The notes beneath the pieces were generated by a model. That model made no database searches and was not told where the DNA came from. It saw nothing but the letters and a program-made list of their open reading frames with translations. 64,000 bases of DNA. Origin: Eledone cirrhosa (taxonomy: Eukaryota). A program made the position numbers and the translations under genes. Shown here piece by piece: positions 56,581 to 64,000 of the stretch. Location of the stretch: the NCBI GenBank assembly GCA_964016885.1, contig OZ024740.1, positions 264,244,001-264,308,000 on the forward strand, written 5' to 3'. Each line of letters begins with the position of its first letter. The stretch's first letter is position 1.

Positions 56581-56640
56581 ATGTATATATATACACACAC
56601 ACATACATATATATATATATTATGTATATATATATATATA

Positions 56641-56736
<96 letters not shown>

Positions 56737-56737
<1 letters not shown>

Positions 56738-57118
56738 AAACGTTTGAATTTGTAAAGCCAAAACAATGCAGGTATGGACATAGAATAAAAAATACAAATG
56801 CAAAAGATATTGTGACGATTAGTCTTTTAACTTAGATTTATTTAAATGTCCTTAATTTTCGTGATAATATCTCGTCTTAGGAGAGACTTGGCAAGCTGTT
56901 TAGAACACATTTAACCGCTTTACTTCCCTCCGAAGAAGAGATATTATCTCGAAAAATAAGGACATTTAAATAAATCTAAGTTAAAAGACTAATCGTCAAC
57001 AATATCTTTTGCATTTGCATTTTTTATTCTATGTCCATACCTGCATTGTTTTGGCTTTACAAATTCCAACGTTTATACCTCATTACACAATGCTTCAAGT
57101 GAACTATAACTTCCTCCA
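56737..57118. repeat. Fold-back solo pLTR of the 31.7-kb PLE family
   Basis: 56737-56884 is inverted against 56925-57075; homologous to 31720-31955. Confidence 0.85.
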
Positions 57119-57141
57119 TATATATGTATATATATATATTT

Positions 57142-57183
<42 letters not shown>

Positions 57184-57219
57184 AATACATATGTATATAT
57201 GAATACATATGTGTATATG

Positions 57220-57314
<95 letters not shown>

Positions 57315-57552
57315 GTCTGTATATATATATATTTTGTATATATATATACGTAGATACATATGTATATATATATATAAATGTATGAATATATATGTATATA
57401 TATATATATATATAAAGGAACGAGTAGGACCCCGACGGCTGAGCTCAAGCCGTTTCGAGGGCTAATTCGTTCCTATTATCCACTCTACTACCCTAAATAT
57501 TGAGTACTTTGGTGCGTTATGGTCCATCTGGTTCCTTACCACATTTCCTTCG

Positions 57553-57599
<47 letters not shown>

Positions 57600-57603
<4 letters not shown>

Positions 57604-59403
57604 CCTGATCACCCTGACCGACCAGACGGTCGGGCGTCCATTCAGCGACGCTGGTCACAGCACGCCCTCTATTCCTCTCTGGATCGTGCTTTCATCATCC
57701 ATGTATTCCCAATCGTTTTCTTAAAATCGTAATTCCACCCTCGTGGAGGCCATCCGAGTGGTCGTTTCCGTTCGTGCGGGTACCACTCGGCAACTGCGCG
57801 GGTCCACCGATTATCAGTGAACCGGGCGACGTGTCTAGACCATCTGAACTTGCTGCGCATATATTCCGTGATGACGTCCCACACGCCGGACATTTGTCTG
57901 ATGACTTCGCTCTTGATGTGCTCTCTCAACGACATTCCTAGCATTGATCCCTCCATGGCTCTTTGAGCCGTTACCAGCTTCTGCACTTCTCTCTTCGTTG
58001 TAGCCCAAGTTTCACTGCCATATAACATTGCAGGTAAAACTACTATTTAAGAGGTTGGCGAGGGTGCTCTTGTCCAACCTCCCCTTGAGCACATCCCTTA
58101 TGCCGTTGAACGCCTTCCATCCAGCCCTTACTCTCCGCTAGATCCCCCTCTCAATGGCTCGGCGCATGTTCACTTCTTGTCCCAGGTAGACGTATTCCTC
58201 CACCTCCTATATTTCATCACCGCCAACCACCATTCGACCTGTTGGTACGTTGTCGGACCGCATGAAATTCGTTTTCATGCGGTTCATCTTGAGGGCTACT
58301 GCAGAACATTTGATGTCGAGCTCCGTCAGCATGGTCTGAAGCTGATCCGTGGTTTCAGCGATGAGTACGATGTCATCAGCGAAACGGAGGTGGGTAAGTA
58401 TCTCGCCGTTGATGTTGACACCGCCTTGCCAGTCAATGCCTCTGATGATCTGCTCGAGACACGCGGTGAACAGTTTTGGAGAGATCGTATCTCCTTGCTT
58501 CACTCCGTTCTCGACCGGCACTCGTACGGGTGATGACAGCAGAGCTATGCCGGTGGTACATCCGGAACACGCCTCCCTGAGCAGTTTAACGTATTGCGCC
58601 TCGACTCCTTGCCTCTGCAGCGAGTTCAGCAATGCGCTGACTTCGACGCTGTCGAAGACCTTCTCGTAGTCTACGAACGCGACTCTTTTGCTCGCTCAAG
58701 CAGTTGTGTCAGAGTAAATATGTGGTCCATCGTGCTGTAGTTTTTCCGGAAGCTGGCTTGCTCTCTCGGTTGCTGTTCGTCCAGATGACGTGATAACCTG
58801 TTCAGTATTATCTTCGCGAACAGCTTGTACACGTGAGACAGCAGGCATATGGGTCGGTAGTTCTTCAGATCTTATCTATCGCCCTTCTTGTATAGCAGGA
58901 TGGTATTCGACTCTTACCACTGTGAGGGTATTCTTCCTTCATCCAGATAGTGTGTGAATCGCTCGGCGAGGATTTTACAGCGCTGCGCTCCGCCTGACGT
59001 CATCACCTCCGATGTTATGCCGTCTTTCCCTGGCGCCTTTCCGCTATTCATCAAGCCGACAGCTCTTTCGACCTCACCGACAAGCCTATTCAGGAAGAAG
59101 AAGAAGAGATGGACCTGGGTATCGCCAAATTCTGAGCACTGAAACGAGATTGACTACATCTTGGTCGACAAGCGACGCATACTACAGGACGTCGCCGACA
59201 TAACGCCATTCAAGCCTGGCATCAGTGATCATCGTTTGGTGAGGGCGAGGGTCCTCATCGACCGGACGAGGGAGAAGAAGGCGCTGCATTTGGCGTCGAA
59301 GGGAGAACGCGGCTGGATCTTCAACGAAGCGCAGCTGCAGAAAGCCATTATGCAGGAAAAGTGGCGTCAAGGAGACGGAATAGACGCTGATCATGACTCA
59401 CTG
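57600..59403 (-). mobile_element. RTE-clade LINE, 5'-truncated, with an inverted 5' segment
   Basis: Minus RT: NYRPICLL, GVKQGDTISP, LRFADD, LYGSETW, KRPLGWPP; plus-strand APE end 59085-59400: WTWVSP, EIDYIL, SDHRLVRA. Confidence 0.92.
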
Positions 59404-59411
59404 ATATATAT

Positions 59412-60208
59412 ATATTATTTGTATGACCCGAATTTTCATGGTCGTTTTTTCGGTTGTGCGAATGATTTTAAGCATTGTCTCTGTGTGTTGGTATTTAAAC
59501 GTTAGTTATAGCTCTGGTTTATCCAAACTATTGAGCCCTTTGCCACGCATTTCGAAGATTGTGTTTCGTTATTTCGTTGGCCGAGATACTGATTCTCGAG
59601 AATTTATTTGTATTTATCTCCAGTCTTTAGCTATTGACCATGTAATTTTATTGATTTTTTAGTTGATCTTATTGACTGATGAATAGCTCATGTTAATTTT
59701 AACCCGTCTGTTGAGAACTCTAATTCGATATGTGAAATTTTGTATTTTTACAAATATATACACTACTGAATTCATTAGCCTAATATAGGGGTTCCCTCCC
59801 TTGCTGGAACCCACGTGGATTTATTAACGGGTGCCTTTGTATTTTTGAACGAAATGCCTGTTGAGAAAGTCGTTTCCTCGTTCATCATTTTACCAGAAGT
59901 CAGATATGTTTTATGTAGGCTGACGGTAACTGATTTAGGAACCGCAGAATCCAAAAGCTAGAATTTAACATCCTTCTAGCGGGTCCGGGTAAGATTTTTC
60001 ATTCATTAAATTTATTATTTGTATGACCCGAATTTTCCTGGTGGTTTTATCGGCTGTGCGAATGATTTTAAGCACTGTCTCTATGTGTTGGTATTTAAAC
60101 GTTAGTTATAGCTCTGGTTTATCCAAACTATTGAGCCCTTTGCCACGCATTTCGAAGATTGTGTTTCGATATTCCGTGGGCCGAGATTCCGATTCACGAC
60201 AATTTATT

Positions 60209-60212
<4 letters not shown>
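59412..60212. repeat. 600-bp period tandem duplication (1.3 units); inverted part at 61255-61485
   Basis: 59413 and 60013 start with TATTATTTGTATGACCCGAATTTTC; 59745-59985 is the reverse complement of 61255-61485. Confidence 0.85.
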
Positions 60213-60288
<76 letters not shown>

Positions 60289-60292
60289 ATAT

Positions 60293-60323
<31 letters not shown>

Positions 60324-60448
60324 AAATATATATATATAAATATATAAATATATATATATATATATAAAATATATATATATAAATATATAAATATATATAT
60401 ATATATATATAAATATATATATATATAAATATATATATATATAAATAT

Positions 60449-60731
<283 letters not shown>

Positions 60732-60734
60732 AAT

Positions 60735-60787
<53 letters not shown>

Positions 60788-60794
60788 TAGATAT

Positions 60795-60842
<48 letters not shown>

Positions 60843-60940
60843 TTCTTTGGGAGGGTCATGTTGCCAATAAGAAACACACGCACCAGTTGCTTTCACTTCA
60901 ATTTATTATATATATATAAATTTATAAATTTACAAATCTA

Positions 60941-61250
60941 CAATTATAAATAGGCCCACAAGGTCCGTTACCTGAGCTGAGATTGATGATCCTATAGTAA
61001 TGTCGAAATTATTATCTCTATCTGCCCTAGTCCATAGTTGGTTATTAAATTATATCAATGTTTTCCTTGCCGATAATATAATGTGCATTTCATTGCTAGT
61101 TAGGTCTGTATGTTTGAATGCGTAATTTAGTGCCTTATTTAGTAGATTAGGGGTAATAGATGAATAGTAGTTAGCAATATCTAGTTGAATAAATTTATTA
61201 TTATTGTTATATTTAACTTCATTAAACCACTCAATGACCTCCCCAGTTCC
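60941..61250 (-). mobile_element. RT fragment nearly identical to 54148-54455 (Hydra-like)
   Basis: Direct sequence match. Confidence 0.88.
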
Positions 61251-61485
61251 CCTCCCCGCTAGAAGGATGTTAAATTCTAGCTTTTGGTTTTCCTAAATCA
61301 GTTATCGTCAGCCTACATAAAACATATCTGACTTCTGGTAAAATGATGAACGAGGAAACCACTTTCTCAACAGGCATTTCGTTCAAAAATACAAAGGCAC
61401 CCGTTAATAAATCCACGTGGGTTCCAGCAAGGGAGGGAACCCCTATATTAGGCTAATGAATTCAGTAGTGTATATATTTGTAAAA

Positions 61486-61547
<62 letters not shown>

Positions 61548-61599
61548 CGTTTCTGAATTTGTTTAGCAATATTCTTTATCTGAAATCGTGTGTTGAAAC

Positions 61600-63009
61600 C
61601 GATATTGTTATACTTTGGGAGGGTCATGTTGCCAATAAGAAACACACGCACCAGTTGTTTCACTTCAATTTATTATATATTTATAAATTTACAAATCTAC
61701 AAACTTATAAATTTCTGGTTGGTTGGTTGGTTCCACAACCAGATAGTTGTTTATATATAGTCATAGTCCTTTCGTCACACACTCTGTGACCTCTTCAGTG
61801 ACTGGGGATTCCTTCCTTTGTTTCTGTGCCTTTCCTTTCTTCTATCAACGCCATTTTGTTTCTGTGTGTGTGTTGTGTGCTCAGTTTGCGCATGCGCCAC
61901 ATCCGGGTGTCTGTGTGTGTTTATGTTCATTTATCTATTTGTTTATTTATTTATTTATTTATTTATTTATTGTTGGTTGGTTGTTTGTTCTATGTGTGTG
62001 TGTGTTTTCATTGTGTCCTTAATTGTAAGTTGTGATGTTGCTGTTCCACTCATATTTTCTATTTAATTTTGGTTGTAATTCTTTTATACTTACTGCCTTT
62101 GTAATTTGCCTAAACATTGCATCTTTTCTGTGTGTGGATTCTATTTTTATTTCTATGTTCTCTAATCTACCCCTGTGTTCTATCTTAGCATGTTGGTAGA
62201 GCACAGATGATTCTTTATTATCTTGAAGGTCTCGCCAGTGTTCATTTATTCGTTCCCCTATACTACGAGCTGTCTCACCTATGTACACTATATTTTTGTT
62301 TCTACATTGTCCTTCAGTACATCTTATGCTATACACTACATTTCTAGTTTTACAGTTAATATGGGGGCTTATTTTACAGGTTATACATTTCTTATCTATA
62401 CATGAGGGTCTTTGGAATGGGTATGTCTTGCTAATAAGTGTTTTTACGGAGGTACCTGGTCTTTCTACTATCTTAATATTGAGTTTATGTTTATTTAGGG
62501 CCCTTCTAAATGTGTAGGCTAGTTCGCCTCTAGGGTTTGTATTGATGAACATTACACTCTGGTATTTATTGCTATCATACCATGAGTTTATTCTATTGGC
62601 CTTGTTCCTAGTTCTTTCTATTCTATTCCCAAATTTGCTCCTATACAAGGGGCAGGTCCCATTTATGTCATTATTTACCATTTTTTCCCATTTGGTTCTG
62701 GCTCCTCTATACACTCTGATTCTATCTCTCTGATTGTAGCCAGAGAACTGCATACGGTGGATGAAGTGTTGTATGTATCTCTCTAGTTTCTTCGGGGTTG
62801 CACATGCGGGACACATTTCTCATCACCCGTACCAAATCCGCAATCAGTATGTTGATTTGGGTATGGTCCGAAATGGCCGAGTTTCGGTGGATCAGATGTT
62901 TGGAAGTCATGGGTTTGGCATAATGGGAATGGAGGATTTGTTTTTGGTTGTTATAAATATATAATAAATTGAAGTGAAACAACTGGTGCGTGTGTTTCTT
63001 ATTGGCAAC
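61600..63009 (-). mobile_element. Nematis-like PLE 3' part (thumb plus GIY-YIG) with pLTR and inverted cap
   Basis: ORF 62019-62816 CIDKKCITC...VVYSIRC...YIGETARSIGERINEH; homologous to 17200-18500; 62950-63009 is an inverted pLTR tail. Confidence 0.9.
61759..61803 (-). ncRNA. Minimal type I HHR
   Basis: AGTCA-CTGAAGA-G-GTCACA...TGTGAC-GAAA-GGAC-TA^TGACT. Confidence 0.88.
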
Positions 63010-64000
63010 TAGGATATTCAAATCCATACCATTCACCAGAGTCGCTCGACGCTGGATGGATGGACCGTTGAAGTTGTGCGGGTTGTGATTTGTACCAGAC
63101 CTCCAGGTAGATAATAATTTGCGTGAGGTAGCGGAAGCTATCCCTGAAAAGTCGGCTGCAGGTGGCGAATTTGTACATCGCGTCCATCTTCTACTACCAC
63201 CATATTGGAACGTCTGCTCTTCAGATTTTTCTGGACGGGACAGCTTCTATTCATGAGGTCCATCTGTTACCGTTCCAGACCCCACTAACAGTAAAGGGCG
63301 AGACATTTCTATAAAGCATTGCAGCCACATAAAGAAATCCGGCTGTCCGGCTCCGATCGGGCCGTAGACGACCACCATTCTAAAATCACCACGTTCGCTA
63401 TTGTTCACATCCAGTATCATCAACTTTCCGTCCGGGTCCAGGAAGATCGACCTTGCCTCCAGTCCTTTCCTAAACAGAACTCCCACTGCACCTCCTATTT
63501 CTGGTCAAGAGATGCGAAGATCTGATATTCTTCGACAATGGGGGCTAGTGCGCATGTGTCGAAAACACTGCTCTCGCTGACGGCAGTCGCATCCATATCT
63601 ACTGACCTAAGGTTGTTTAACAAAAGACCCTGTTTCCACGAGACCTATGCCCATGAAGATTCAAACATCCTACATTTAAGATGGCCACATTAGCCTTTTG
63701 AAATTAGGTCTACTTACCTGTTGGAGGTTTGTAGAGGTCGGGTGGTTCCACCTCCATATTTGGTGGGGGTTTCTTTTGGGAACCTCTGAAGCAGTCTTCT
63801 TGTTGGTCTTATATTCTTGGTCTCCACGTCCTGGGGAAAGTTCTTCCATATCACTTTCAAGGTATCGAACGACATCCGTCCAAGAAACAAATCTTCTGGC
63901 ACGTAAACTCTGTTCGGGCCAAATGTTTCTCTCTTCTCGATTTCTTGTTTTTGTGCTGTGAGGTTCATCAATTCCACGTTGGCCTTTCTTATAAACATGA
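63010..64000. mobile_element. Rearranged, diverged L1/Tx1 fragments (RT piece on +, ORF1 end and APE start on -)
   Basis: Plus DLQVDNNLREV...ANLYIASIFYY matches 25200-25350; minus VYGPIGAGQPDFF...LLLVG matches the APE at about 23300. Confidence 0.75.

Overview
AT-rich, microsatellite-dense eukaryotic DNA; the tRNA-derived SINE resembles octopus SINEs, so an octopod cephalopod is likely (inference). I cannot support any intact host gene; most tracked ORFs are translated (TA)n/(CA)n. The window is a mosaic of decayed retroelements: Penelope-like elements (PLEs; RT plus C-terminal GIY-YIG, Hydra-like, Nematis-like and one Penelope/Poseidon-like), a near full-length L1/Tx1 LINE, a Dong/R4-like LINE, a 5'-inverted RTE LINE, about 13 SINE copies and a non-autonomous Helitron. 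The main hidden signal is RNA structure. By eye I find about 18 type-I hammerhead ribozyme (HHR) motifs with an intact CUGANGA...GAAA...NUH core and pairing helices, plus about 15 variant, decayed or half motifs, in more than 10 sequence families. They sit in PLE pseudo-LTRs (pLTRs), in ORF-less tandem units (534, about 529 and about 318 bp; retrozyme-like) and in fold-back inverted repeats. Helix III is almost always palindromic, several families share non-canonical cores, and fold-back junctions recur at HHR helix II. All folds were assigned by eye; none was computed.
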